This document shows positions 21,400-31,339 of a stretch of 64,000 bases of DNA, piece by piece. How positions within the stretch are numbered: the stretch's first letter is position 1; each line of letters starts with the position of its first letter. Origin of the DNA: a virus. A model generated the notes under the pieces. That model saw nothing but the letters and a program-made list of their open reading frames with translations, did no database searches and was not told the DNA's origin. A program made the position numbers and the translations under genes. The stretch lies in IMG/VR virus record IMGVR_UViG_3300033145_000192, positions 113,376-177,375 of that record. One strand, given 5' to 3'.

Positions 21400-22137
21400 T
21401 TACGACTTCCGATAATGACTTCTAAACTCCTCGCGCTCATTTTCTGTATAGAAGTGCTTGGCTAGTTTGCTATTAAGCATCTTGCGCATAAATACCTGTG
21501 ACAAGGTCAATTCTGCCCTGTATTTGTATAATGCTTCAGGCCCACGATTCTTTTGATATATGCTCCCGATTGAATCTACTTCCAAAAAGTTCTTAATCAT
21601 GCCGCGCCAATGCTTGACATCTTCTAGACGAAGAATCATCGCTTCGACGTTTCCTGCACTTATGATACTACACCTACGGTCAAAGTCAAACGGAAGGCTA
21701 TATGCATCTATGCCGAAATCTCTCAGAAGGTGAGTATCCAACCAATTTAACGACCATTCCGAATTGTGGAAATCCTCCATGACCTTTACTGGGGGATGTC
21801 CGACGAACATCTTCTGATACATCTTCCAGTGATGGAAAACTCCAGAAATCATGCGCTCGACTGGATTACGAACCGCTGTAATTAGTTTGATTGGTGGCTT
21901 ATTGTCGATAATCCACTTCAATCGCTCGGCCTTAGCTTTTGGTATTGAGCGAAGCTTATGTGGGCGAACGAGCCCGTCTATTATTCCTAAGTCGGGCGTA
22001 TGTGCGCTAAAGAATTTTGCATTACGCATCTGTTCTTCGGTCGTTGGACGCCCACCGAAGCAAGATTGAATTGACGAGACGAGGGTGCTCGAACCAACCT
22101 TGCCCATCGTATATACGATTACGTAATTATAGGACAC
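21400..22137 (-). CDS. Sulfotransferase-fold protein (NKWYS / capsular polysaccharide synthesis-like)
   Basis: VYTMGKVGSST 5'-PSB-like loop, ITAVRNPVERMIS 3'-PB motif, LNWLD..GID.Y..PFD, ILRLED. Confidence 0.7.
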   Translation of the reverse strand: MSYNYVIVYTMGKVGSSTLVSSIQSCFGGRPTTEEQMRNAKFFSAHTPDLGIIDGLVRPHKLRSIPKAKAERLKWIIDNKPPIKLITAVRNPVERMISGVFHHWKMYQKMFVGHPPVKVMEDFHNSEWSLNWLDTHLLRDFGIDAYSLPFDFDRRCSIISAGNVEAMILRLEDVKHWRGMIKNFLEVDSIGSIYQKNRGPEALYKYRAELTLSQVFMRKMLNSKLAKHFYTENEREEFRSHYRKS

Positions 22138-22522
22138 TGTCCGGTTTCTCTGGAATCAAGTCTGTTCCACTGTTATCATCATCTTCAGGGTGATGGTGCC
22201 AACCAAGACCACTGAAATCGTGGTAATGGCCACCATCAGCCAGGACCATACCCTCAAGGTTGCCATGGACGTGCTCGCCCTCTGGATTTATGAACGTATG
22301 ACGATGCTCACCATCAATAGTGTCATCTATGTTATGCCTGTGCTTGCCAGTGGCATTATCTTCATCATGGATGTGATACCCAGGACTAGAGAAGTCCTTT
22401 TCGGCGTTCCACTGTTTTTCTAGGAGTGCCTCTTCTTCAGGCAATAGGGCTCTAGTATATCTCCTAGTGATGTCGGCAAATGCCTCACTTAGTAGTTTTT
22501 TTTCTTGCTTGCTTAGTGCCAT
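22127..22522 (-). CDS. His-rich protein (HxH repeats)
   Basis: GYHIH, GKHRH, GEHRH, GEHVH, GGHYH, GWHHH repeats. Confidence 0.65.
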   Translation of the reverse strand: MALSKQEKKLLSEAFADITRRYTRALLPEEEALLEKQWNAEKDFSSPGYHIHDEDNATGKHRHNIDDTIDGEHRHTFINPEGEHVHGNLEGMVLADGGHYHDFSGLGWHHHPEDDDNSGTDLIPEKPDSVL

Positions 22523-22922
22523 CGTTTTTTCTCCTGGTCGTTTTATTCTTACTGCCCTTTGGTCGGCCCCTCTTCTTCTTAGGAGTCTCACCAGTGTCCT
22601 TAATTACACCAGCAGTAGGATTGTCTAGTGGAGTTTTCGCCACGGGCTTGGGCTTATGAATCAGCTTCTTCACATCGGTAGATGCGTTTACTACTGGCTT
22701 GCCTTCCTTCGGGCTAATGTTCCGTCTCTTTGGCACACCTGGCTGAAAATTGAGACTTCTCGCCATCTTTGGCTTATTGACCCTGAAATTGTCTACCTTT
22801 GCAGGAGGGATGGGCTTTCCATCCTCATCTACATCAGCTAGCCTAGAAAGTTCTTCCCGAGCCCTACGTCTTTCAAAATACTTCTTGCTCAAGTCCTCGT
22901 AAATGTCCTTACCCTTTGGCAT
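22485..22922 (-). CDS. Basic protein with AT-hook
   Basis: Lys/Arg-rich; KKKRGRPKGSKNK motif. Confidence 0.65.
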   Translation of the reverse strand: MPKGKDIYEDLSKKYFERRRAREELSRLADVDEDGKPIPPAKVDNFRVNKPKMARSLNFQPGVPKRRNISPKEGKPVVNASTDVKKLIHKPKPVAKTPLDNPTAGVIKDTGETPKKKRGRPKGSKNKTTRRKNDGTKQARKKTTK

Positions 22923-22933
22923 TGTCCTCTCCT

Positions 22934-25156
22934 TTATACACCTATCCGATAACTCGCAATAGCCGTAGCCATAGCCAGCTTCTTGTCCTTCAATGTTGGT
23001 CTAGATTTCTCAGCAATGACTTCCGCATAGCGACTAAAGATAATAGGATGATATCCCCTAGTCGATTCATTAGCAAGAACTTCTAGAACTCTCTCAGTAG
23101 TTATCTCGTCTTCTAGGTATGAAGCAACGCCGAATGCAATGCGCTCGATACCTGTTCTATCGGTCTTTGTCAAAGACTTCTTGTATTTCTTCCCCGTGGT
23201 CTTCAATATCATCTTGGTGACGATATCGTAAACCTCTTCTACTCTGTCCAGTTCATTCGCCTTGGTTGTCTCCCAATCAAGCAGCCATCCCATGCCCTTC
23301 GGCTTGGTTTCTCTTGGCTTTTGTTTGATGTCGGTAGTTCCACCTGGTCTTCCAACTGGTGGCCTATTTCTATTCTGAGGCTTGCCTGGCTTATTCAGCG
23401 TAGGCATGCCTTCCTGCTCTTCCTCGTATTGTTCTGATAGAGGGTCAGTGAATGGGCCGTGCTTGATAAGCAATTCAGACTTCTCCCTAATTGCCTTCTC
23501 ATCACGCATACGCTCAAGCTCAATCTCAAAGTCCTCACCAAATGCCTCAAGGACTGCCTCAATGGAGATGATGTTTCTGTCTAGCAGACCCATAATGAGT
23601 TGCTTCTCAGCCTTCTCGTCACGTAGCGACATTCTTCCGAACTTAACCTTCGGAACGTCCCTATGGCCCATCGTATCGGCAATCATCTTCAACTGGCTGT
23701 TAATCCAGCGTGTGACGGTTTGGCGACCTTCCTCAAGACGCTCAAGCAAAGTTCGCACACCAAGGAAGCCTGTGCTAAAGCTAGCTCCAGTAGTTCCTCC
23801 TAGGAGAGTATCTGGGACGCCGAGGCCACGAAGAATGTCTCTATCAACTGCCTCATACTTGGCAACATTCAGGATTCTATCTACTGGTGGGTAGCTACTC
23901 TCAATAGAGATGGCATCATTCCATACCATGTTCATTGCGGCACTTGGAGTTCTCAAGAACTCAGCGAATGCTCTAAAATGCTCCTCTGGTGGAATAAAAC
24001 CGTTCTTGAAGTCGCCAATCTTGAAAATAGTGACTGCGTTAATTACGCTATCACATACGCTCATATCCATCTGGCGCAGTCTGTTCTTGTAGTAGATATC
24101 AGACATTACTGGCCATAGAAGTGGGTCAGCCCAATCCTCGTGGTCGTCCTTCATATAGTGGAGTGTCCACAGCTTTGCTGGGTCAACATCTACTATTAGT
24201 GGGTTCTTCCCCTTCTTTGATAGCTTCTTAAACTCGGGTGGTAGATTGATTTCGGTTTTGTCTAGGAAGTCGATTTCGTGCGTTGAGTTATACTGCCCAG
24301 TGTCGATATCGTTTGCTGTCAATGGGTCTAGGATAAAGACCCACTTTGACTCTCCGAAATACTTGGTGCCACGAAGGTCCATCTGGAATGGGTTGAGCAT
24401 AGTATAGCGCCATGGAATTTGCTTATCGCCAGGCTTCTTTCCAGATTGGTCGTCAACGTGCTGATTCTTGTCGTCTTCCGCCGGGTCATTTACATCACCA
24501 CGGACTTCAACAAATCCCTTCAGTGATTTTGTTCCCTTTGCTCTCTTCATCTTATTGTAGGCTGATTCGTTGATTGTGCCATGTGTTGTGTAGATGAATA
24601 CGTTGGCATACTTGTAGTAGTATCGAAGGATATCCTTTACTCTACCTGCAAGGTCTACGTGCTCGGCCCATCTTTTGTAGAACTTCTCAACGGCCTTGCT
24701 TGGGTGCTTGATGGTTAGTCCTTCTGAAGCGAAGTTAGCCATCAGGTCAATTACGTTCTTAGCTACGCCAAATCCCTTATATGCTTCAACACATAGACCC
24801 ATCTTGTAGTGGGCCATTCTGGCTCTAGAACTGAACGCGCTCATGCTCCCTTGGATTCGGCTATTACTGCCAGACAATCCACTGAACTGACTACCTCCAC
24901 CAAACATGCCGTTAAAGTTCTGTGGCATCAACCAAGAAAGTGGCCAATTTTGCAGACCATCCATTCCGAAGTTCTGTCCGGTGTCTCCACCTATGTTGAC
25001 GCCACGCCTTTGAATGTTTGCAGCATCGGCCCTAAACGCATCTACAGTTTCTCTATTGGCCTTAATGGCACCAGAAAGCGAACCCTCCAACTGTTTCAAA
25101 ACAGATGGGCTCAAGCCTATAGTATTGATGCCTAGTTCTACTCTGTTATCTGACAC
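22934..25156 (-). CDS. Portal protein
   Basis: 740 aa, directly after TerL; AKNVIDLMANFASEGL.I.HP, ILRGLGVP..LLGG patterns. Confidence 0.8.
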   Translation of the reverse strand: MSDNRVELGINTIGLSPSVLKQLEGSLSGAIKANRETVDAFRADAANIQRRGVNIGGDTGQNFGMDGLQNWPLSWLMPQNFNGMFGGGSQFSGLSGSNSRIQGSMSAFSSRARMAHYKMGLCVEAYKGFGVAKNVIDLMANFASEGLTIKHPSKAVEKFYKRWAEHVDLAGRVKDILRYYYKYANVFIYTTHGTINESAYNKMKRAKGTKSLKGFVEVRGDVNDPAEDDKNQHVDDQSGKKPGDKQIPWRYTMLNPFQMDLRGTKYFGESKWVFILDPLTANDIDTGQYNSTHEIDFLDKTEINLPPEFKKLSKKGKNPLIVDVDPAKLWTLHYMKDDHEDWADPLLWPVMSDIYYKNRLRQMDMSVCDSVINAVTIFKIGDFKNGFIPPEEHFRAFAEFLRTPSAAMNMVWNDAISIESSYPPVDRILNVAKYEAVDRDILRGLGVPDTLLGGTTGASFSTGFLGVRTLLERLEEGRQTVTRWINSQLKMIADTMGHRDVPKVKFGRMSLRDEKAEKQLIMGLLDRNIISIEAVLEAFGEDFEIELERMRDEKAIREKSELLIKHGPFTDPLSEQYEEEQEGMPTLNKPGKPQNRNRPPVGRPGGTTDIKQKPRETKPKGMGWLLDWETTKANELDRVEEVYDIVTKMILKTTGKKYKKSLTKTDRTGIERIAFGVASYLEDEITTERVLEVLANESTRGYHPIIFSRYAEVIAEKSRPTLKDKKLAMATAIASYRIGV
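22935..22942 (-). promoter_or_regulatory. Putative late promoter GGTGTATA (overlaps the portal stop)
   Basis: Exact motif just upstream of RBS AGGAGAGG. Confidence 0.6.
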
Positions 25157-25199
25157 ATCTCACCTCACGATTGGATTGCAACTGCATTACTAATCCTAT

Positions 25200-25207
25200 C
25201 ATACACC
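25200..25207 (-). promoter_or_regulatory. Putative late promoter variant GGTGTATG
   Basis: Between the TerL stop and the portal start. Confidence 0.55.
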
Positions 25208-26995
25208 CTAGAGCCTAGAAGCCCAACCACCAATATTGGGAACTACCTGTCTGGCCCCCATTGCGGTAAATGACCTCGCGGCATAAGAGGAAAGAAGCAT
25301 TGCAGAATACCTGTCCTTCCTTTGATATGTCTTGAGTGTCCCTTGCTGTGCAGAAGGCAAATCGGGCGTATCAAAGTGCTGAACGCCAGTCTTTGTTGAA
25401 GTTACGACAATCATGCACATCTCATTGATTTGCTCATCAATCTCACTCCATACATCTTCATGTTCCGCCTCAGAGAGTCCATCTCTTGAACGATTCGGGA
25501 ACAAGCACCTGTGGTGTTCGATATCTGCTAGAAGTCCATAGTTCGCTTCGCCAATCCATGTTGGAGTAAAGTTGACCATTTCAAGAATATGGCGACCTTC
25601 ATATCTCGCGGACTCGTCATCATCAAAGCGCCAAATCGGGGCCTCTCCAGGCTGTAGCATATTTGGGTCGCACAGCAAATCCTCAATCGTTGTTCCTCCA
25701 CCACCAGCATCCATCGCGATGTGGACGATGTTGAACTTGCTTAAAACGCTCCTTACTCTCCTGGTAGCCTCTGGCCACCTTTTACCGTTCATGCTTTCGC
25801 AATATACATTTCTGTAGGAACCGTCTTTCATCATCTTCACAACGCTAATTGCGAAGTTGTCGGTCTTACGAGCAGGGTCAATTCCCATAACGTAGTTGAA
25901 TCCTGGGGTTCCCTTTGTCTCAATGCAGAATCCAGGCTTTGGTGTAGAGTCGTTAATTGCGCTACGTCTTATGAAGCCATCTGAGTCTGTAGGGAAGACA
26001 CATTCATATTCCATTTGGAACAGGGCCTTTGGCATTGTTAGCTTGGCCTGTGCAATTTGTTTCTCATCCATGAACGAGCGAGGAAGTGCTTGGTATGGGA
26101 TTTGGATTATAGCATAGTCTCGATAATCAAGCGCACCATCCATAAGTGGGTCATCTTCTTCGAAATCGAGGTCTTTGCCTATTACCTTGCCATCTCCAAT
26201 TATCTTGTTATCTATGAGATACTTGTGAGCTAGGTAAACCTTGTAGAAGTGGTTGAACTGAAAATTGGCAGTTCCACTGTAGACAATTTGGTTGCCTTCA
26301 GTTTGCTGTCTATCCTTCTCCTCCATCCTGCCTTCTCTAATTGCCACCTCTTCCTTGTGGGTCTGCTTTGCTGCTTCAATGGGGTTTGCAGCTACAGCGG
26401 CGAAACCTCTAACAACGACCTGGAAGATTTCTGGTGGGATGGATGCAAACTCGTCCGTAAGGATATGCGTTGCACGAATACCACGGATTTTCTCACCATT
26501 GCCTAGCGGCAAGGCTTGGATTGTTGAATAGCCACAAGTCAACTTACGAGAATCACTTGGCTTCTCTGGGGCTCTTGAACAAGCTGCCCTGAAAATTGGT
26601 GAGTAGTTGTAAAGCTGCTCAATGTATTCAAAGACCAATTTCGACTGCCTGAACGAAGCGGCCACAATCACAATCTTCGACCCAGGCGTCAGCATGGCGC
26701 GTAAAACCGCGTAGACCGCTAGCATAAACGTCTTGCCACCACCACGGGTCATCAGTAGGATAGGGAAGGTCTTGCCCCACAGCGTTTCTAAAATTACGCT
26801 CTGGAATGGAGCTAGCTGGAGCGGCTGGCCACGCCACATTAGTAGATGGTAGGCAGCCCACGTCAGGTTCTCCAAACAAATGGCAGCGAACTCATCATAT
26901 GGGTCAGAGTATTTACCAAGATTCTCATAGAACGGATTTGTGAGTCTTGTTCCTTTTTCTATTTCATATGTGATTGGGAGTCTAATGCTTTTCAT
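25208..26995 (-). CDS. terL: Terminase large subunit
   Basis: Q motif (LQLAPFQ), Walker A TRGGGKT, Walker B ILTDEF, RNase H-like MGIDPAR and IAMDAGGGG, C-terminal KDRYSA. Confidence 0.92.
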   Translation of the reverse strand: MKSIRLPITYEIEKGTRLTNPFYENLGKYSDPYDEFAAICLENLTWAAYHLLMWRGQPLQLAPFQSVILETLWGKTFPILLMTRGGGKTFMLAVYAVLRAMLTPGSKIVIVAASFRQSKLVFEYIEQLYNYSPIFRAACSRAPEKPSDSRKLTCGYSTIQALPLGNGEKIRGIRATHILTDEFASIPPEIFQVVVRGFAAVAANPIEAAKQTHKEEVAIREGRMEEKDRQQTEGNQIVYSGTANFQFNHFYKVYLAHKYLIDNKIIGDGKVIGKDLDFEEDDPLMDGALDYRDYAIIQIPYQALPRSFMDEKQIAQAKLTMPKALFQMEYECVFPTDSDGFIRRSAINDSTPKPGFCIETKGTPGFNYVMGIDPARKTDNFAISVVKMMKDGSYRNVYCESMNGKRWPEATRRVRSVLSKFNIVHIAMDAGGGGTTIEDLLCDPNMLQPGEAPIWRFDDDESARYEGRHILEMVNFTPTWIGEANYGLLADIEHHRCLFPNRSRDGLSEAEHEDVWSEIDEQINEMCMIVVTSTKTGVQHFDTPDLPSAQQGTLKTYQRKDRYSAMLLSSYAARSFTAMGARQVVPNIGGWASRL

Positions 26996-27483
26996 AACAA
27001 CTTGTCTGTATGATATTTGAACATCTTCGACATAAGCCTTCTGACGTATGCCCTGGCTCTATCTTGCCTTCCGGCAAAGACTACATGAAGATTGTGTTTT
27101 ACTTGTAGTGAAATAAGCTTCGCATGCACATTGTTCACTGGAACCTGTGAATAGCTGTATCCTCTATCGACATCTGCGAGTGACCCTTCGATTACAAGGA
27201 ACTTAATCCTGTGGTCCTTGGCTCTCTCCATCTCTCGCAAGAACCGCTGATAATTCTTCTGTGGTCCAAGCGTGCCCCACAGGTCACCTATGGTCTTACG
27301 CTCAATCATCAGGATATCTTCCATGCCCTCGACTGTATAGTCTCCAACATCGAGCTTCTTAACCTTCTGGCCATAGCAATTCGCTGAAGCCCTAAAGTTC
27401 CAGCCCTTGCCCTTCTGCTCTCGGGTGTCTCTGATAATCCTGAATTTCTTCGGCGGCACGAAGCCTTCTTTTACAGTCGCCAT
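26992..27483 (-). CDS. ERCC4/XPF-family endonuclease
   Basis: IIRDTREQ, LDVGDY, IERK motifs. Confidence 0.85.
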   Translation of the reverse strand: MATVKEGFVPPKKFRIIRDTREQKGKGWNFRASANCYGQKVKKLDVGDYTVEGMEDILMIERKTIGDLWGTLGPQKNYQRFLREMERAKDHRIKFLVIEGSLADVDRGYSYSQVPVNNVHAKLISLQVKHNLHVVFAGRQDRARAYVRRLMSKMFKYHTDKLL

Positions 27484-27528
27484 AACTGAACCTACCCTTC
27501 TTGTTTCCTAACCATCTAGCTTGACACT

Positions 27529-27708
27529 CTAGAATCGTGCCCTTCCGTCTGGACTTTTTCCTTCTAAAATGCGGCATATCTCACGCTTCCCTTGCGCTCT
27601 GCGGCGCTTCGATGTAAGTCGTTTGGTCCCATGACGCTTTCTAACGTGGCCCGCCCATTCGCCATTCAAATAGGAATTCAGCTTACTACCAACGTCAATT
27701 CGCGACAT
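27529..27708 (-). CDS. Small basic hypothetical protein (59 aa; not in ORF track)
   Basis: MSRIDVGSKLNSYLNGEWAGHVRKRHGTKRLTSKRRRAQGKREI...; fills the gap with a GGGG RBS. Confidence 0.55.
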   Translation of the reverse strand: MSRIDVGSKLNSYLNGEWAGHVRKRHGTKRLTSKRRRAQGKREICRILEGKSPDGRARF

Positions 27709-27709
27709 A

Positions 27710-28462
27710 TTATTCCCCTAGTAGAAAATCCATCTTACTCATATCGGCTTTGCACTTATTAGTGAAGTAACTCATCATGCCCGCTGTATTTCCAGCCTTG
27801 TTTCTATTTCTCGCATCAAGTAGCGAAGACACCATTCCTGTAATAGTTATCTTCTCTTCCCTATTGGCCTTGAGTCTTTGTTCTCTGGTAAGGTTCATGT
27901 CTTTGTGGTATTTAGCGTAGCGGCCCTCGGCATCATTTAGGTCTTTGTATAGATACTGAGGAGGTGGACGCTTGTCCTCATCATCACTTCCCCTGTATGC
28001 AGTTACGGCCTCAGCTATCTGTTCTTGAATTCGAAGAATTTGAATCTCCGTCATGAGCATGTTATGCAAAATTTCTTCTTCTTGCAATGTTATGCTATCG
28101 ACATTGTCCAAGAACTCGATGTATTTGTGCTTATAGTATGGAAGCTCATCGTCAATTAGAATCTTTAGCAAGAACGGATACCTGTGGTTCTTGTCGAACT
28201 GACTCTTGTAGAAGGCAATTCTATCGTCCTTTGATAGTGTTGCGAGCGAATACTCTGTTGGATTGGCAATTACTGCGGCCTTCTGGGTTTTCTTTGCTGG
28301 CCTACCAGCCCTCTTTGAAAGTCCCAGAGCTTTACGTCTGCGAGCTACAGACTCAGTCGTTCTACCAATCTCTTTGGCTATTTGTTCATCAGTGGTAGTC
28401 TGCCACTTATCACGGATTATTTGGTCTTCCCAGCCCTTGAAGTGGTGTTTCTTCTTCGACAT
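27710..28462 (-). CDS. Putative terminase small subunit
   Basis: N-terminal HTH-like TDEQIAKEIGRTTESVARRRKALGL, then coiled coil; upstream of TerL. Confidence 0.5.
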   Translation of the reverse strand: MSKKKHHFKGWEDQIIRDKWQTTTDEQIAKEIGRTTESVARRRKALGLSKRAGRPAKKTQKAAVIANPTEYSLATLSKDDRIAFYKSQFDKNHRYPFLLKILIDDELPYYKHKYIEFLDNVDSITLQEEEILHNMLMTEIQILRIQEQIAEAVTAYRGSDDEDKRPPPQYLYKDLNDAEGRYAKYHKDMNLTREQRLKANREEKITITGMVSSLLDARNRNKAGNTAGMMSYFTNKCKADMSKMDFLLGE

Positions 28463-28544
28463 GTCTCACTATCTCCTATCAACCTACCTGTTACCTTCTC
28501 ATTGTAGCAGAAGTATCGGATGTTTCTACCTGCTACTACACCAC

Positions 28545-28580
28545 AAAAAAAAGGACGCATGCCACAAAATGACAGCGTCC
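28545..28580 (-). terminator. Intrinsic terminator
   Basis: GGACGC...GCGTCC followed by TTTTTTTT. Confidence 0.7.
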
Positions 28581-28605
28581 TTAATTGTTTGGTAAAGTTG
28601 TTTGA

Positions 28606-29241
28606 TTAGGCGGGAAACCTCACTCTTCTCTTATCTATGCAATCCATCAATTTGGCCATGTCACAATGCAGAAATCTTGCAATCCTGCCAAATTCGCCCA
28701 CGTCCTTGTCTATCAGTTTTTCGAAGCAAACTCTTAGGTGAGGATGTCTAGGAAGTATGCCTTCTCTCTCAAGCAAGACCTTGTCCTGTAGGAAGAGTCT
28801 ATGGTTGCACATTTCCGCTGTTTTCTTATCAAGCTCCTCTTGCGTAAATGGAGGGACATCAGCACGTCTAAGAACTTGTCCTGCCACATTTCTACTACAG
28901 ATACTTTTTCTTCTATTGGCTCTTATCCTGTCTGGTGCAAGAATCTTGACATCAAACTTTTCAGCCAAGAGAGGTATCCAGTCGTAAAATCCAATAACCT
29001 TGGCACAACTCATCCCCTCTTCTTTAATAACTCTCCAAGCATGCTCAACATTGCCTGGAAGTTTTCCAAACAAAGGATGCTCATTCCTCCCAGCCCTTTT
29101 GTCAAGCGGTTGTCTGTGGCATCTTCCTGCACAATATCCAGCAGCTTGAGCTATATCCATGCATAGGCTGGTGCCAGTTCTTGGAGCACCATATACTACG
29201 ATGAACGTCTCGACCTCACGTCTGCTCTGTAAATCGTCCAT
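28606..29241 (-). CDS. Sulfotransferase-family protein
   Basis: IVVYGAPRTGTS PAPS-binding loop; late LRVCFEKLI..GRIARFL pattern; true start may be GTG 29214. Confidence 0.65.
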   Translation of the reverse strand: MDDLQSRREVETFIVVYGAPRTGTSLCMDIAQAAGYCAGRCHRQPLDKRAGRNEHPLFGKLPGNVEHAWRVIKEEGMSCAKVIGFYDWIPLLAEKFDVKILAPDRIRANRRKSICSRNVAGQVLRRADVPPFTQEELDKKTAEMCNHRLFLQDKVLLEREGILPRHPHLRVCFEKLIDKDVGEFGRIARFLHCDMAKLMDCIDKRRVRFPA

Positions 29242-29609
29242 GGCTCTCCTGGGTCTTTGCAGTATCTCGTTATGCTGCTTTTGTCTGACCCAAGCTCATG
29301 AATCATTGCCAGTCCACCTTGAGCATATCCAACACATATGCATGCTCCACTGGTAGCTCCAGTAGACCATATCTTTTTCTTTTGGATGTAGCCTTCTTGG
29401 TTTTTTGGCAGCTTGACTTCTAGCCCACCTATTTGGACGCGCAGTTGAGTAATCGAGAGGTCGTTTTCCTCAAGATACTCACTCAAACGCTGCCAGGTGG
29501 GCCTATCTTTTCTTGAGTCTTCGAAGATTGTTTCTCCGTTAGACAATGAAGCAATCCACCGATTTTTCGGCACGAACTTATCCGCACTTCTAGAAAGTGC
29601 AATCTCCAT
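29196..29609 (-). CDS. Hypothetical protein
   Basis: 137-aa ORF with RBS. Confidence 0.6.
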   Translation of the reverse strand: MEIALSRSADKFVPKNRWIASLSNGETIFEDSRKDRPTWQRLSEYLEENDLSITQLRVQIGGLEVKLPKNQEGYIQKKKIWSTGATSGACICVGYAQGGLAMIHELGSDKSSITRYCKDPGEPWTIYRADVRSRRSS

Positions 29610-29623
29610 ATATCACCTTCGGC

Positions 29624-30220
29624 TTATAGGAATTCAGTCTCAAAATAGAAGCCAATGTTGGTCTTCTCACCAATGCTCGTTGGTGTTGCGGACAAAGCGA
29701 TGAAGAAGTCGTGCGTGGTAAAGTCCGCTGTAATCTGGTCGTAAAGACTAAGCGTCGAACCTGAACCGGCAATTGTTGACCAGTTCGTATTACCAGAACC
29801 TCTATCGCCCGTAAGGAACTTGCGAACCTCGGCTGCCCTAATTGTCACGCCACTTGGGTTGTTGTCAATATCCACACGGTCGAACGCTCTTAGCGATGCA
29901 TTCTGCGTCTGGATGGCGTTGTCAGTTACCAACGTAATCTTGAGCGTTGTCTCGTCGTTGTCAACTTCCCTAAGCTCAGTAGCCGTTAGCTCACCGGCAA
30001 CATAAGCGCCGGATACATTGGCATAACGCAAGTTAGGTAGCGCACCACCATTTGACGTTCCATTCTGATTTGTTCTGAATGAAGTGTTGTTGTATTCCCC
30101 AACTCGAATCGAGAATCCGAAGTTCGAGCCGAAGAATCCTAGAGTGTTAAGTCCACCAGAAGCGGCTGGTAGAATTTCTGGGCTGCCGTCTCCAGCATAC
30201 CATCTAATTGTAGTTGCCAT
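29624..30220 (-). CDS. Putative virion protein
   Basis: 198-aa Gly/Thr/Asn-rich beta protein with AGAGAGG RBS. Confidence 0.55.
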   Translation of the reverse strand: MATTIRWYAGDGSPEILPAASGGLNTLGFFGSNFGFSIRVGEYNNTSFRTNQNGTSNGGALPNLRYANVSGAYVAGELTATELREVDNDETTLKITLVTDNAIQTQNASLRAFDRVDIDNNPSGVTIRAAEVRKFLTGDRGSGNTNWSTIAGSGSTLSLYDQITADFTTHDFFIALSATPTSIGEKTNIGFYFETEFL

Positions 30221-30310
30221 TGTTACCTCTCTGTGTCAATGAATTGTCCTATGACAGATTATCGCCACTCAACGCTATGAAGGTTAACAACCCAGCAATA
30301 CATCAAGTAA

Positions 30311-30916
30311 TTAAGCCAGCAGCTTTTTAACAAACGACTGGATTTTCCTTTTGTCCTTCTTAGGGACCTTTTTTCCTTGGCCTTTCAGCATCTTGCACAA
30401 TGATTCCTTCAGGTCTGGAGATATCGAGTCAACGACATACTTCTCCAAGTCTTTATACTCCAATTCCTCCTCGAATCGAGCATGTTTTATTGTATCTCCT
30501 AGCATATCAATGGGTATGGGATGGAGAATCCGCAGCTTCCTTTGGAGGTTAGCTTGGAATTTCTGCCACCTGGCATAGTCCTGAGTCTTTTTGAATTCAA
30601 GCATCTCGGCAGGAGTCATACCATCTAAGTTCACACGAACTGGTGGGGACGTGCGTAGATAGTTGTCTCGCTTGAGGTTCTTTAATCCGTTATCGACACA
30701 TCGCCCAAAGAAATTCTTCCAGCGGTCAGCCTTGACCCTAGTAGAATCAAAATGTTCGATTGCCTTAAAGCAAATCAGACGTATCTCCTGAGCAATGTCG
30801 TCAGGTGCCCAACAGCCAAATGCATATGAATGAGACTTGGTTCTAACAAGATACTCTACGATATCAGTGATATCGCTGTATTCAATCCTTGTCTTTACCG
30901 TCTCCGTCTTCAGCAT
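30311..30916 (-). CDS. Phage sigma-70-family factor (candidate late sigma)
   Basis: DDIAQEIRLICFKAIEHFD...NFFGRCVDNGLKNLKR resembles sigma region 2; start estimated at ATG 30916. Confidence 0.65.
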   Translation of the reverse strand: MLKTETVKTRIEYSDITDIVEYLVRTKSHSYAFGCWAPDDIAQEIRLICFKAIEHFDSTRVKADRWKNFFGRCVDNGLKNLKRDNYLRTSPPVRVNLDGMTPAEMLEFKKTQDYARWQKFQANLQRKLRILHPIPIDMLGDTIKHARFEEELEYKDLEKYVVDSISPDLKESLCKMLKGQGKKVPKKDKRKIQSFVKKLLA

Positions 30917-31097
30917 CTCCGGACTTATCTCCTCCGTCGTCTTGTCCTTCTTGTCCTTCTTCGTATTCACCAATTGTATTTCTCTCAATCAGTTCGGCTT
31001 CGCTCAATCCTGCGACAGCCTTACGTTGCACTTTTCTAAGGTCCGGGGACTTTTTAACAGTGACAGACGATTTTACGACAATCTTCTTTTCATTCAT
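30882..31097 (-). CDS. Small hypothetical protein
   Basis: 71-aa ORF with ATGA overlap upstream. Confidence 0.45.
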   Translation of the reverse strand: MNEKKIVVKSSVTVKKSPDLRKVQRKAVAGLSEAELIERNTIGEYEEGQEGQDDGGDKSGDAEDGDGKDKD

Positions 31098-31329
31098 TTC
31101 TTATCCTGTCGGTTTGCTTTTGTGCTTCTGCTTCAGTGATTTTGACTATTTCGCCACCACATCCAATAGCAACATTCTGTCCGTATTCCGCGCCTTTTCG
31201 ATATACCGTTCGATACTCGACAAACGCACCACAGATGTCTGGACTACCAGCACCCGCAAACATATGACCGCACTTAATGCATCGGAAAAACATCACTTCC
31301 TCCATGTTCAACAAACCTTTGTCGTTCAT
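31090..31329 (-). CDS. Zn-ribbon protein
   Basis: CIKCGH...ICG...GCGG cysteine pattern. Confidence 0.55.
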   Translation of the reverse strand: MNDKGLLNMEEVMFFRCIKCGHMFAGAGSPDICGAFVEYRTVYRKGAEYGQNVAIGCGGEIVKITEAEAQKQTDRIRNE

Positions 31330-31339
31330 AACAGCTTCC

